From the IMG/VR virus record IMGVR_UViG_3300035676_000001: DNA of 64,000 nt. One strand, 5' to 3'. Origin of the DNA: a virus (Duplodnaviria > Caudoviricetes). Made by a program: the position numbers and the translations under genes. Positions 26,707-36,429 of the stretch are shown here, in pieces. The notes beneath the pieces were generated by a model that saw nothing but the letters and a program-made list of their open reading frames with translations, had not been told where the DNA came from and searched no databases. Numbering within the stretch: the first letter of the stretch is position 1; the number at the start of each line of letters is the position of its first letter.

Positions 26707-27118
26707 AATCTTTTCGCATATAGCGTCCTAGAATATTGCTATTATAGTACGCTGGCGAACCATCGTCAAGAGACTCAATCAACACATTATTTAGGAAAAG
26801 CTGTTTGGTTTCTTCGTAATTACACTGTCCTTTTGTTCGATGGAGGCTAAGTATCGTTCTGTTGCAGGATGCTTTGCCCCAAATGTGAATATCGGATTTG
26901 AGTTCAGGGCAGGATCCATAATACTTTTTCCAATCAGACTCTGATTTAACTTTTCTAGATTTGCCCTTTGGTGTGCGGAAACTCCAGAAATATTTTCTAC
27001 CAATATATGAACGACCAGTTGCAGTGCAGTGGATATGATAAACGAAACCAAAATAATCTTGGATGTCGTCTGATTCAAAAACCTTTGAATTATACAACCA
27101 AGGATTCTCATAACTCAT
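26669..27118 (-). CDS. GIY-YIG endonuclease (T4 EndoII/Seg-like)
   Basis: GFVYHI..TGRSYIGRKYFW..WKKYYGS..YEE..YN.NILG. Confidence 0.8.
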   Translation of the reverse strand: MSYENPWLYNSKVFESDDIQDYFGFVYHIHCTATGRSYIGRKYFWSFRTPKGKSRKVKSESDWKKYYGSCPELKSDIHIWGKASCNRTILSLHRTKGQCNYEETKQLFLNNVLIESLDDGSPAYYNSNILGRYMRKDYGNFGKDSSPIT

Positions 27119-27167
27119 ATTAAGTAATCTTATGAGCTATTATTTATCCTTCAACCTTAGCAAAGCG

Positions 27168-27205
27168 ATTCTAGCAATAAAAAAGCACCCCGTCAAGAGG
27201 TGCTT
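27168..27205 (-). terminator. intrinsic terminator with embedded sigma70 promoter
   Basis: AAAGCACC-TCTTGACGG-GGTGCTTT plus T run; TTGACG (27191-27196)-17-TAGAAT (27168-27173). Confidence 0.65.
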
Positions 27206-27225
27206 TAAGTTATGTTAGAATTGAA

Positions 27226-28482
27226 TCACTTAGTTGCAGGTTTTGGTGCTGGAGCTGGAGCTGGTTTACCCTTCATAAATCCTTGAATTTTGGAAGGAAG
27301 TTCATCAACGAACTTATAAACACTTGGGGGGACATTTGGTGCAGAACCGCCACCACGAGGTTCAGCTGCCTCAGAAACGATGTCCTGAATGACTTCTGCA
27401 TCCATCTCCATCATTACATAAAGTGCCTCTTCTACGGTCTCTACATGCCCCTGTGAGAGGAGATACTCAAGAACTAGGTCATAGGCATCATACTCTTCTT
27501 TCTTGACTTTTGATGCTTGAACTCCAGCTTTAACTGCTGATAATTCTTGTTTTGGTTTTGATTCTCCTGATACTTTTGCTGCCTCTCTTGCTGCTTGTGC
27601 TGCTTTGAGTTCAGCAGAAGTTGCTGCTCTTCTTTCAAACTTAACTCCACCTACAGAACCTACAGCATAACCTGCAGGAGATTTTTCAATCTTTGGTTGT
27701 GGAGATGTTTTTACTGCTGGTGATAAAGATGGGCGAGTAGGAGCAGACGTAACAGGAGGTTTTTGTACAGGAGGTTTTTGTACAGGAGATCTATAAAACT
27801 CAGGATCTTTACCGGGTGGAGTTGCTGCAATTTGTCTATTCATAGCAGCAACGTCTTTATTCAATTGCTTATCAGTTTTAAGTTGCGATGGACCTCTTTT
27901 CTCTTTATATCTTTTAAGAAGTTCTGGATCTGTCGAAGGTTTCCAAGTACTTGGTTTTCCAGGTTCTTGAGTTCCAAGATCTCCTCCCTTTGGAGCAGCA
28001 ATTCTTGTATTAGTAGGTTTACTTTTTGATTTATATCCCTTTATCGCTTTTGCATTAATTGCATCTTTTTCTTGTTGACTAAGAAAAGGACCCCACCCCT
28101 CCACTTTAAGACCTCCAGTAGGTCCTACTTTTAGTTTTTCTGGTTTATGTTGCTTCACTGCAGCTGGTTTTTCTGGTTCTTGAGGTTTTGTTGTTCTACC
28201 TTTACCCCCAGAACCTAGTAACTTTTCTGCGCTTTTTCCAATTTTTTCTAAATCTACTGCACCATCAGTAGCAGCTCTAACTACTCCAGATGCTGCTTGA
28301 CCAGCATAGTCAGATGCGGATTTAAGTGGTGCTGAGATATACTTAGATACATTACGATCCGTCCATCTAGAAAATTGTTTAGCACCTTTCTCCCATTCTT
28401 TTGATACATCACTTTGCTCATTTAAAATAGATTTATACAATTCATCTATCTTGTTAATATCCTTACTGGAAAAATCTGTCAT
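27226..28482 (-). CDS. probable internal virion protein (Lys/Pro/Ala-rich)
   Basis: TATAAATA at 28510-28517; C-terminal YDAYDLVLEYLL..GHVETVEEA module shared with 47864-48406. Confidence 0.6.
   Translation of the reverse strand: MTDFSSKDINKIDELYKSILNEQSDVSKEWEKGAKQFSRWTDRNVSKYISAPLKSASDYAGQAASGVVRAATDGAVDLEKIGKSAEKLLGSGGKGRTTKPQEPEKPAAVKQHKPEKLKVGPTGGLKVEGWGPFLSQQEKDAINAKAIKGYKSKSKPTNTRIAAPKGGDLGTQEPGKPSTWKPSTDPELLKRYKEKRGPSQLKTDKQLNKDVAAMNRQIAATPPGKDPEFYRSPVQKPPVQKPPVTSAPTRPSLSPAVKTSPQPKIEKSPAGYAVGSVGGVKFERRAATSAELKAAQAAREAAKVSGESKPKQELSAVKAGVQASKVKKEEYDAYDLVLEYLLSQGHVETVEEALYVMMEMDAEVIQDIVSEAAEPRGGGSAPNVPPSVYKFVDELPSKIQGFMKGKPAPAPAPKPATK
27753..27788. repeat. 15-bp tandem repeat (x2.4) encoding PVQKP
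   Basis: caggaggtttttgta x2 followed by caggag. Confidence 0.8.
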
Positions 28483-28539
28483 TTTTTCAAAACGTTTGCC
28501 TTATATTTTTATTTATAAAAAAAGAGGGTCAAAAGACCC

Positions 28540-28701
28540 TCACTTCACATCATCATTCTTCTTACCTAACCACTCCTTCTCATAATCATAATCACCGAAT
28601 AGGTATTCATCTGATTCTGCAGCATCTTTGTATGCGTTCAGGATTTCCTGTTCGCACCATTCATCATAATTGGAATCCTGTGAAAGAATCTTTGGTAACA
28701 T
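28540..28701 (-). CDS. 53-aa acidic hypothetical after nrdB (below ORF-track cutoff)
   Basis: MLPKILSQDSNYDEWCEQEILNAYKDAAESDEYLFGDYDY; followed by the GAGGGTC/GACCCTC terminator. Confidence 0.6.
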   Translation of the reverse strand: MLPKILSQDSNYDEWCEQEILNAYKDAAESDEYLFGDYDYEKEWLGKKNDDVK

Positions 28702-29848
28702 CTTGCTTAATTCCTCCTACGATGTAACTTTCAACTTCTGTTTCCTGTGGAGCAACTTGAAGTCCCTTAGAGGAAATCCAATGTTCAGTCCAAGGCAATG
28801 GGTTGTTCTTTGCTGGAATATCATAAAGTGGGCGAAGTCCGATTGCCTTCATTCTACGGTTCGCAATCCATTCGACATACTGTTGTAACAATTTGTCGTT
28901 AAGACCAATCATTGAACCATCCTTAAACAGATACTCTGCCCAAAGTTTTTCCTGATTCACAGCGTTCTCAAAGGTCTTATAAACCCACTGTTCTTCTTCC
29001 TGTGAGATTTTCTTCATATCAGGGTCATCACCTTCCTTCCACTTATTCAGGATGTTCTGAGTGATAACCAGGTGCTGATTCTCATCTCTAGCAATCAGTG
29101 AGATGATTTTTGCACTTCCTTCCATAAGTTTGAGTTCGCCAAATGCAAAACTGCAAGCGAAACTGACGTAAAAGCGAATACCTTCAAGAATATTAACGTT
29201 TGCAATTGCTCTGAAAAGTTTGCGTTTGAGTTCATACCTTTCTGCCTGGGCGTAGGGAACTTGTTCTTGGGCGTGTTTCCAAAGTTCAGAAGTCCCATAA
29301 TGCTGAGCACTATTGATGAAGTCATTATATGCCTCAGTCACACTGACGGCACGTTCTAAAATACGGTCATCTCTGAGAATTGTATCAAAGACCTCAGAAG
29401 GGTCTGGATAAACATTTTTGATGATATAGGTGTAAGAACGGGAGTGAATCATTTCCATAAACTCCCAAACCTTCATACAAGCTTCCAGTTCAGGAAGCGA
29501 ACAGTATGGAGCGAAAGCCATTCCAGGACCACGACCCTGAACAGAATCAAGCATCACCTGATACTTCAAGTTGGAAGTAAAAATATGCTTTTGCTCAGGA
29601 CGAAGAGACTGATAATCTCCCCTATCTTTTTGAAGGGAGACTTCTTCTGGTCTCCAGAAATATCCCAATTGTTGTGTTGTGAGTTTATCAAAGATTGGAT
29701 ACTTATAAGAATCATATCTCTGAATTCCAAGAGGTTGCCCAAAAAACATTGGTTGTTTCTTAGTATCAACCTCTTCAGAATTGAAAACGGTCATCTGATT
29801 AATCACTCTCACATCCTCTAAACCTGTTTTAAATCTTACAAGACTCAC
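28664..29848 (-). CDS. nrdB: ribonucleotide reductase class Ia beta subunit
   Basis: FWRPEEVSL, DSVQGR, EMIHSRSY, NILEGIRFYVSF, RDENQH and VAPQETEVESY. Confidence 0.97.
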   Translation of the reverse strand: MSLVRFKTGLEDVRVINQMTVFNSEEVDTKKQPMFFGQPLGIQRYDSYKYPIFDKLTTQQLGYFWRPEEVSLQKDRGDYQSLRPEQKHIFTSNLKYQVMLDSVQGRGPGMAFAPYCSLPELEACMKVWEFMEMIHSRSYTYIIKNVYPDPSEVFDTILRDDRILERAVSVTEAYNDFINSAQHYGTSELWKHAQEQVPYAQAERYELKRKLFRAIANVNILEGIRFYVSFACSFAFGELKLMEGSAKIISLIARDENQHLVITQNILNKWKEGDDPDMKKISQEEEQWVYKTFENAVNQEKLWAEYLFKDGSMIGLNDKLLQQYVEWIANRRMKAIGLRPLYDIPAKNNPLPWTEHWISSKGLQVAPQETEVESYIVGGIKQDVTKDSFTGFQL

Positions 29849-32126
29849 AATCTTCCTCCTCTGAATCTAGAATATCGGAAATTAAATTTTCAAGAGACTG
29901 TTTGGTTTCTTCAACCTCGTCAGTCTTATGATCATAAGTATTTTGATAGTAGCTGGTTTTCCAACCGTACTTATATGTAGTCAAAAGGTCCTGCGCCATT
30001 ACTGAAGTAGGAACTTCATTATCGGGATAATTTTCTGGATTATATGACCAGTTTCCAGAAATCGCTTGATCAAAGAACTTCTGCATAACAGCAACAATAT
30101 TAATATACCCACGATTGCTAGGCATATCCCACAGAAGCGTATAATTGTTCTTAAGTGTTTGATACTGAGGAACAATCTGCTTGAGAGGTCCTTTCTTGGA
30201 CTTCTTAACGGACAAGTATCCGCGAGGTGGTTCGATTCCATTGGTTGCATTTGACACAACGGAACTGCTCTCCGATGGCATCTGTGCAGACAATGTTGAG
30301 TTCCGTACCCCGTACTGCTTGACCTGTGCTCTAAGACCTTCCCAATCATACTTCAGATTATTTGGAACGATTTCATCAACATCTTTCTTGTAAGTATCTA
30401 TGGGGAGAATACCATTACCATACTTGGTTCTATTAGAGTATTCACAAGCACCCTTTTCTTTAGCAAGATCGACAGTTGCCTGAATCAGATAATACTGGAA
30501 TGCTTCTGTCAGGTCGTGAACCAGTTTCCAAGAACCAGGATCGTCATAGTGCTCCCCGTGCTTGGCGAGATAGTGAGCAAGACCAATATAACCTACCCCA
30601 ATCGAACGACGCGCTCTGGTGGCGATTTCTGCTGCTTTAACGGGGTATCCCTGAAAATCAATGAGTTCGTCAAGAGACCTAACAGCAAGATCACAAAGAA
30701 CCTCAAGGTCCTCATTATCCCGAATCTTTCCAACATTAATAGCAGAAAGTATGCATAGAGCAATCTCACCATTTGGATCATCAATATGTTGAATGGGTTT
30801 GGTGGGTAGAGTAATTTCTTGACATAGATTACTCATCTCAACTTTATCCATAAAGGATGAGTGAGAGTTGCAGTGGTCAATGTTCATAATGTAAACACGA
30901 CCAGTTTCTGCGCGTTCTTTCAGGAGGTCCAAAAAGAGTTCTTGAGCTCCGATAGTCTTTCTTGGAATAGACTCATCTCGTTCATAACGAACATACAACT
31001 CGTCAAAAGCATCAGTTCCAAAAGCATCATACAGACCAGGAACTGCGTGTGGAGAGAAGAGTGAAACTTCTTCGTTCTTGATGAATCGTTCATAGAACAG
31101 TTTAGAGATTTGGATACTGTAGTCTAACTTACGAACACGGTTATCTTCGGTTCCTTTATTATTTTTCAATACCAAGATATCTTCTATTTCTTGGTGCCAG
31201 ATGGGGAAGTGGACAGTTGCTGATCCACCTCTGATGCCATTTTGAGTGCAGCATCGGACAGTTGCTTCAAACTTTTTGAGGAAAGGGACAACACCTGTGT
31301 GCTGAACTTCTCCGCCTCTGATTTTAGCGTTGATGCCACGGATTCGACCTGCGTTGATACCGATTCCCGCCCTTTGTGCAACATATTTGCCGATAGCCAT
31401 ATCAGAACTAAAGATGCTATCGAGGGTGTCATCAACATCAACAAGAACACAGCTAGCATATTGTCGAAGTGGAGTTCTAACCCCCGCCATGATAGGTGTG
31501 GGAATGTTGATTTTGTGTTTGGAGATTGCATCGTAGTACTTCCTAACGTAGTCTAAACGTGTTTCTTTAGGATACTTGGAAAAGATTGTCGCCGCAATCA
31601 AAAGGTACATAAACTGTGGCGTTTCATAAAGTGCCCCAGTGCTTCTATCTTGCACAAGGTACTTATCAACGACTTGACGTAGACCTGCATAAGTAAACAG
31701 ATAGTCACGACTATGATCAATAAACGACTGAAGTTTATCAAATTCTTCTGCTGTATAAAGATCCAAAATTTCTGGATCGTAAACACCTCTACCAACACAA
31801 CGCTCAACATGTTGAAGAACAGTTGGGCATTCGTGCATACGACCAAACAACTGCTTACGAAGAGCAAACAGAAGCAGACGAGCAGCAACGAACTGATAAT
31901 TGGGATGCTCAAGATCAATTAGGTCGCTAGCAGAACGAATCAGAATCTCCTGAATCTCTGCAGTTGTGATACCATCATAAAATTGAATACCAGATTGCAT
32001 TTCAACTTGCGATGCAGATACCCCAGCAAGGTCCCTACACGCTTCTTCTACCATCAAATGTAGTTTATTTAACTCAAGGCTTTCGACCGACCCATTTCTC
32101 TTAATAACTTTTGTTCCGTTGCTCAT
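29829..32126 (-). CDS. nrdA: ribonucleotide reductase class Ia alpha subunit
   Basis: ATP cone; PTPIMAGVRTP..ASCVL, SNLCQEI, TLSAQMPSESSS and C-terminal CESCKI; start ATG 32126. Confidence 0.97.
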   Translation of the reverse strand: MSNGTKVIKRNGSVESLELNKLHLMVEEACRDLAGVSASQVEMQSGIQFYDGITTAEIQEILIRSASDLIDLEHPNYQFVAARLLLFALRKQLFGRMHECPTVLQHVERCVGRGVYDPEILDLYTAEEFDKLQSFIDHSRDYLFTYAGLRQVVDKYLVQDRSTGALYETPQFMYLLIAATIFSKYPKETRLDYVRKYYDAISKHKINIPTPIMAGVRTPLRQYASCVLVDVDDTLDSIFSSDMAIGKYVAQRAGIGINAGRIRGINAKIRGGEVQHTGVVPFLKKFEATVRCCTQNGIRGGSATVHFPIWHQEIEDILVLKNNKGTEDNRVRKLDYSIQISKLFYERFIKNEEVSLFSPHAVPGLYDAFGTDAFDELYVRYERDESIPRKTIGAQELFLDLLKERAETGRVYIMNIDHCNSHSSFMDKVEMSNLCQEITLPTKPIQHIDDPNGEIALCILSAINVGKIRDNEDLEVLCDLAVRSLDELIDFQGYPVKAAEIATRARRSIGVGYIGLAHYLAKHGEHYDDPGSWKLVHDLTEAFQYYLIQATVDLAKEKGACEYSNRTKYGNGILPIDTYKKDVDEIVPNNLKYDWEGLRAQVKQYGVRNSTLSAQMPSESSSVVSNATNGIEPPRGYLSVKKSKKGPLKQIVPQYQTLKNNYTLLWDMPSNRGYINIVAVMQKFFDQAISGNWSYNPENYPDNEVPTSVMAQDLLTTYKYGWKTSYYQNTYDHKTDEVEETKQSLENLISDILDSEEEDCESCKI

Positions 32127-33103
32127 ACTTTCTTCCACTCGTTAAACTTTACTTTTGCCTCTAAGCCTTTGTATGTATGTGATTTTAACACATCCATAAC
32201 CTGATGTCCAGTCAGGACCATATCATTAATATCTTTTTCAGTAATTGACCTTGGCCAGATTACTACTTTCTCACCTCTATCGATGAGTTTGGAGATCCTG
32301 TTACAGATTTCTTTGTTCCTAGGTTCATTATCAAGAACATACACAATATCGTTGCCCAAATTAAGACTATCGAGTAAAATATCCGATCCGCACATTGCGA
32401 TGGCATTTTGGACAAACGTTGAATCAAAGGGACCTTCTGTGACGTAGATTGTTTCATCTTTCTTTACTCCTTCTAATCCATAGACTTTGGGAATACTTTC
32501 GTCTAAAATCACCGTAATATATTTAACCTTGCTAGGTCCTAAAGCACGACCTTGAAACCCAAAAATGTTACCATCTAATGCACAAAGGGGAATAACTATT
32601 CTGGATTCCTCATATTCTAAACTTTTTTGGTCAAAGGTTTGAACTTGAGTATTTGTCCATTCTTTAAATTTTTCTGCAAAGTAAAATCTATTTGGATCTA
32701 GTCTTCGGTCTGTTAGATACTTTTTTGCGGTTTCATTCTCCGCCGCTTTTGGTAGATTCAGTTTCTGCTTAAAGACTGGTTTTGCAAATTCAAACTTGGG
32801 TTCTTCAACTACAAAGTTTTTACCCGTATGCCCCTCTTTGAACTTCTCCAAAGTATATTGCTTATGAAGCGTTGGGTCTATCTCTTTCAGAAAGTTATTG
32901 AACGATAAACTAGCACCGCAATTGTGGCACTTAAAGTTTGTATTATTCTTTACTGGATAGATATATCCTCTTGTTTTATTCTTGTTCTTCTGAGAGTCTC
33001 CACAGATAGGGCAGCGAAAGTTGTAGAGATCCGCTTTGACCCTTTTAAATTTTTGAAGACGCGAAGATACGAGTCCAATATACTTGGAGTCAATCAAATC
33101 CAT
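32123..33103 (-). CDS. 61: DNA primase (gp61)
   Basis: NFRCPICGDS..CHNCG zinc finger; YVTEGPFDS and DNEPRN TOPRIM motifs. Confidence 0.95.
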   Translation of the reverse strand: MDLIDSKYIGLVSSRLQKFKRVKADLYNFRCPICGDSQKNKNKTRGYIYPVKNNTNFKCHNCGASLSFNNFLKEIDPTLHKQYTLEKFKEGHTGKNFVVEEPKFEFAKPVFKQKLNLPKAAENETAKKYLTDRRLDPNRFYFAEKFKEWTNTQVQTFDQKSLEYEESRIVIPLCALDGNIFGFQGRALGPSKVKYITVILDESIPKVYGLEGVKKDETIYVTEGPFDSTFVQNAIAMCGSDILLDSLNLGNDIVYVLDNEPRNKEICNRISKLIDRGEKVVIWPRSITEKDINDMVLTGHQVMDVLKSHTYKGLEAKVKFNEWKKV

Positions 33104-33116
33104 TACGAAGGATGCT

Positions 33117-33539
33117 TTATTTTGCTCTCTCTATTGTACTCTGAGATGATGGGTGTGTCAAGAGAGAAGTTGCTGTTGGAATGACTCCAATTAAAAATAC
33201 AACTATCGCAATTGCTCCAACTGCTTTCCATTTAAATTGGGATATTATTTCCACTTTCTCTTCTAGGATATCTATTCTTTCTCCAAGTTCTTTACTAATT
33301 GCATCATGCTGTTCCTTTGAAGATTTTTTAATATCTTCAATCATCGTTACAATCAAATTATCAGTTCGATTACACTGCTCAATCTTTTCATTATGAACGG
33401 CAAGCATTTGACTAATATTTTGACTTGTCTCACCAATCTTTTGAATTGCAGTATCAATTCGTTCCATCATCTGCTCATACACAGACAATCTTTCTTCCAA
33501 GATTGCGATTTTTGTATCTGTGGATGATGGATTAAACAT
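33117..33539 (-). CDS. coiled-coil protein with C-terminal TM helix
   Basis: Heptads followed by WKAVGAIAIVVFLIGVI. Confidence 0.6.
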   Translation of the reverse strand: MFNPSSTDTKIAILEERLSVYEQMMERIDTAIQKIGETSQNISQMLAVHNEKIEQCNRTDNLIVTMIEDIKKSSKEQHDAISKELGERIDILEEKVEIISQFKWKAVGAIAIVVFLIGVIPTATSLLTHPSSQSTIERAK

Positions 33540-33547
33540 TGTCTTAG

Positions 33548-33751
33548 TTATTGTGGTTTTTTCCAGCGATTACGAGAACCTAAACCTAGGTAAATATTTT
33601 TTTTCTTTTTACGGAATACTGGTGGTTGGTCTGGTGGAAGACCTGCAATATTTCCACTGGAAGCATTGTTTGTTGGTGCAGCAGGAGCAGCAGCACCTTC
33701 TTGCTCCTTAATAAACCTAACTGTAGCAATTAATTTATCTAGTTTATCCAT
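33548..33751 (-). CDS. small virion-type protein
   Basis: MDKLDKLIATVRFIKEQE..PTNNASSGNIAG; start ATG 33751. Confidence 0.55.
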   Translation of the reverse strand: MDKLDKLIATVRFIKEQEGAAAPAAPTNNASSGNIAGLPPDQPPVFRKKKKNIYLGLGSRNRWKKPQ

Positions 33752-34122
33752 TAGATTGCTTGCAATTGTTCCAGACATTCACGGTCTTCTTCAATTTCGT
33801 GAATTTGTGTTCTAGGATATTCTGGCAATCTATTCAGAAAAAGAAGAAAACTTTTAATAGATGGCCAGAGATCACTCTCCAAATTGTAAAATAATAAAGG
33901 AACTGCAGCATCATTAAAGACATTGAACAGAATCGTTAGGTGATTCAGAATCAGATGAATCTTCAATTCGCCGCAGCTTTTATATCTTTTTAATAATCGT
34001 TTTACATAACGAATTCGTTTCAAATCTGACTCAAAATCTTCCATCGTTACCGATTGAGGATTATCGTAAAATTTTATAGCAAATAACAAATAATTATTTT
34101 CATTCAATTCATCAAATCTCAT
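33751..34122 (-). CDS. conserved T4-like hypothetical
   Basis: MRFDELNENNYLLFAIKFYDNPQ..F..DLKRIRYVKRLL..LILNHL. Confidence 0.75.
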   Translation of the reverse strand: MRFDELNENNYLLFAIKFYDNPQSVTMEDFESDLKRIRYVKRLLKRYKSCGELKIHLILNHLTILFNVFNDAAVPLLFYNLESDLWPSIKSFLLFLNRLPEYPRTQIHEIEEDRECLEQLQAI

Positions 34123-34131
34123 ACCATATTA

Positions 34132-34686
34132 TCAGCTATCTGGATATCTCGAATCGTCGTCAGCGTCACCAGTGATGCTACTTCCAGCAACTAATGTTTC
34201 AGCCTTAACTCTGAAGTTACCGTGATTATCAACATAAGTCGTAACACCGACCCAACCAGCGTGTGCTACAGCATAAGCGGCGTTTTTATTACCAACAGTT
34301 CTTCCAGCGGCGACAGTTGCTTCGGTCGTACCAACACCAAAGACAGCAGAGAATCTGTTTGATTTTACATCAGGAGCAAAGAATTGCCCATCTTCAAGAG
34401 TATACTTTGGTTTCTGATTTACTGTGTAAGCAACACCTGCAATTGCACCATTAAGAGGAATCAGGAATTGCGTTGATGCGATTGAAATTTGAGTAGCAGA
34501 GGTTACACCTGAAATTACTGCCTGACCATAAGTAGCGCCGACGCCAACTACTAAAATATCACCAGTTGAAATTCCAGCAGTTACAAAAGTTGTACCACTT
34601 CCGGTTACTACTTCAGTAGCAAGATTGATTGTTATAGTTCCTGTAAGACCCGTGCTAAAAGAATCTTTATTGCCCCAAAGAGACAT
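34132..34686 (-). CDS. virion structural protein
   Basis: MSLWGNKD..AHAGWVG..RVKAETLVA; TATAAATA at 34720-34727. Confidence 0.7.
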   Translation of the reverse strand: MSLWGNKDSFSTGLTGTITINLATEVVTGSGTTFVTAGISTGDILVVGVGATYGQAVISGVTSATQISIASTQFLIPLNGAIAGVAYTVNQKPKYTLEDGQFFAPDVKSNRFSAVFGVGTTEATVAAGRTVGNKNAAYAVAHAGWVGVTTYVDNHGNFRVKAETLVAGSSITGDADDDSRYPDS

Positions 34687-34766
34687 ATGCTTTACCTAAT
34701 AAATTTCTTTTTCTAGTAATATTTATAAAAAAAGGAGACCTTTACTTTTGGTCTCCTCTATATTTC

Positions 34767-34946
34767 TCAGGGAGTTAAATCTTGAGCACCCTTCTTCTTT
34801 AATACTCCTTGAGCTTGAAGAAGAATAAGTGAAAGGATGCCGTTTGATTTTACCTTTGGGTTTGCTCCAAGTGCTTCCGAAACTGCAAAAAGAACAGTTG
34901 CGATAAGAGCCTGATTTGCTAAACACCAAGCGACTAGTGCGGACAT
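34767..34946 (-). CDS. 59-aa membrane protein, holin-like (below ORF-track cutoff)
   Basis: MSALVAWCLANQALIATVLFAVSEALGANPKVKSNGILSLILLQAQGVLKKKG; GAGG SD; followed by a terminator. Confidence 0.5.
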   Translation of the reverse strand: MSALVAWCLANQALIATVLFAVSEALGANPKVKSNGILSLILLQAQGVLKKKGAQDLTP

Positions 34947-34985
34947 AATGACCTCGTGTGAAGAGTATCCTGTCCTATTTAGTAA

Positions 34986-36419
34986 TCAGTCAAATCTAGA
35001 ATGCATTGCGTCTTGTGCTCTTTGAGCAGAAGCACGACGAGCAGCTACTTTTTGAGCAGGAGAGTGAGGACCACCATACTCACCAGCAGCAGGTGGCTTC
35101 TTACCTGGTTCCTTTTTCTGCTGACCCTTTGGAGTTCCTTGCATTTTACGCATAGAACCCTTTACAATCTCAAGTGCTTTATCTCTAGGAGGTCTTGGAG
35201 TTCCTGCTACCTTCTCTTCCTTTCTTCTCTCATCAAGAACTTCACCTTCTGGTTCATAGTCCATCTTGAGACCCATTGCTCTCAACTTATTCTTAACAAG
35301 ATTAACTTTCGTTGGAATTGCTCTGGGGTCTTCTTCACCACCTTCGCTCTTCTTGAGTTTTGGTTTTTCATCCATACCACAATCTGCTTCTTCCTTATGA
35401 ACTGGAAGTCCTTCATGCTTAGTCTTTGCAAATTTCTTTGCTTCTTTCTTACTCATTCCTTCTGCTGCTTTTGCAACTTCAGGAGATGCTGGTTTTGCTC
35501 CTTTTTTAGCAGCATAAACCATTCCCATAAACTTTTGTTGAGCCTGACTTACTGCCTTCTCAGTAATCATTTCACCTTCTAGTTCGTGATGGGCAACCAG
35601 ACCCTTTCCTTGAGCAGGTGAAATTACAACCTTATTCTTACCCTTCATCACATCAATCTTCTTTCCATTCGCATCAGGATTGTCCGATTCACCTTCGTGA
35701 ATAAACTCTTCCTTACGAGTCGCAATTGCCGAACCACGAACATCTCTGCGATGCTGCAGATACTTATCAGTCTTGTTTACTTTACCATCATTATTAACAT
35801 CAGCATCTTCCTTACCAACTGGGTCTAATTTCTCACCACGCTTTGCTCTCGCAGTCTGCTCACCTTTGGTTCTCTCACCTTCATAAGGTTCGCCATATCC
35901 AGTCATCTCAACTTCTTTAATATTTGGATTTGCACGAAGTTCAGAAATCTTTTGACGGTCAGCCATTCTTACATAAGAACGACCATCTTTACCAGTCACT
36001 CTTACCTTATATTTTCTGTGCTCAGCAGTCTCCATCTTCTCCATATAGGTCAGACGAATTGGTTCTTCTTCTTTCTGAACCCCTTCTACAAATACTTTAT
36101 AAAGTGCATTTGCAACACTAGTAGATGCAAACTCTTGAATGTTAAAGTCTTCTGCTTGCATACCACCTTTACCAAAAAGTTTTGCTTTTACCATAGCCTT
36201 TTCTTGCTGAGGCATATTACTGTTGTTCATATACTGAGAATATGCTTGCTGAAGAGATAGTTCCTCTCTTCTAGCACGATAGCGAATATCATAAATCGCT
36301 TGCTTTACTCTCTTCTCTGGAGACTTTCCACCAGCTTCCTTCTTATCTCCGCCAGCAGGAGCTGCGGCAGCAGGAGCGTGTTTTCTTGCTGGAAGCTCTT
36401 CAGCAATATGTTTTTTCAT
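34986..36419 (-). CDS. probable internal virion protein (DUF3008-like segment, EF-hand-like loop)
   Basis: AVSQAQQKFMGMV..KKFAKTKHEGLP; DADVNNDGKVNKTD; many L/I-x-E sites. Confidence 0.6.
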   Translation of the reverse strand: MKKHIAEELPARKHAPAAAAPAGGDKKEAGGKSPEKRVKQAIYDIRYRARREELSLQQAYSQYMNNSNMPQQEKAMVKAKLFGKGGMQAEDFNIQEFASTSVANALYKVFVEGVQKEEEPIRLTYMEKMETAEHRKYKVRVTGKDGRSYVRMADRQKISELRANPNIKEVEMTGYGEPYEGERTKGEQTARAKRGEKLDPVGKEDADVNNDGKVNKTDKYLQHRRDVRGSAIATRKEEFIHEGESDNPDANGKKIDVMKGKNKVVISPAQGKGLVAHHELEGEMITEKAVSQAQQKFMGMVYAAKKGAKPASPEVAKAAEGMSKKEAKKFAKTKHEGLPVHKEEADCGMDEKPKLKKSEGGEEDPRAIPTKVNLVKNKLRAMGLKMDYEPEGEVLDERRKEEKVAGTPRPPRDKALEIVKGSMRKMQGTPKGQQKKEPGKKPPAAGEYGGPHSPAQKVAARRASAQRAQDAMHSRFD

Positions 36420-36429
36420 GAGAAAACTT

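Noticed and set aside
27112-27140. CTCATA/TATGAG hairpin over the GIY-YIG (26669-27118) start as another endonuclease switch
   Set aside because: Both arms lie downstream of the late promoter, so it does not match the early-off/late-on design, and the stem is short
27753-27788. 15-bp tandem repeat as a phase-variation site
   Set aside because: In-frame (5 codons) within a low-complexity Pro/Lys linker; changes would not shift the frame
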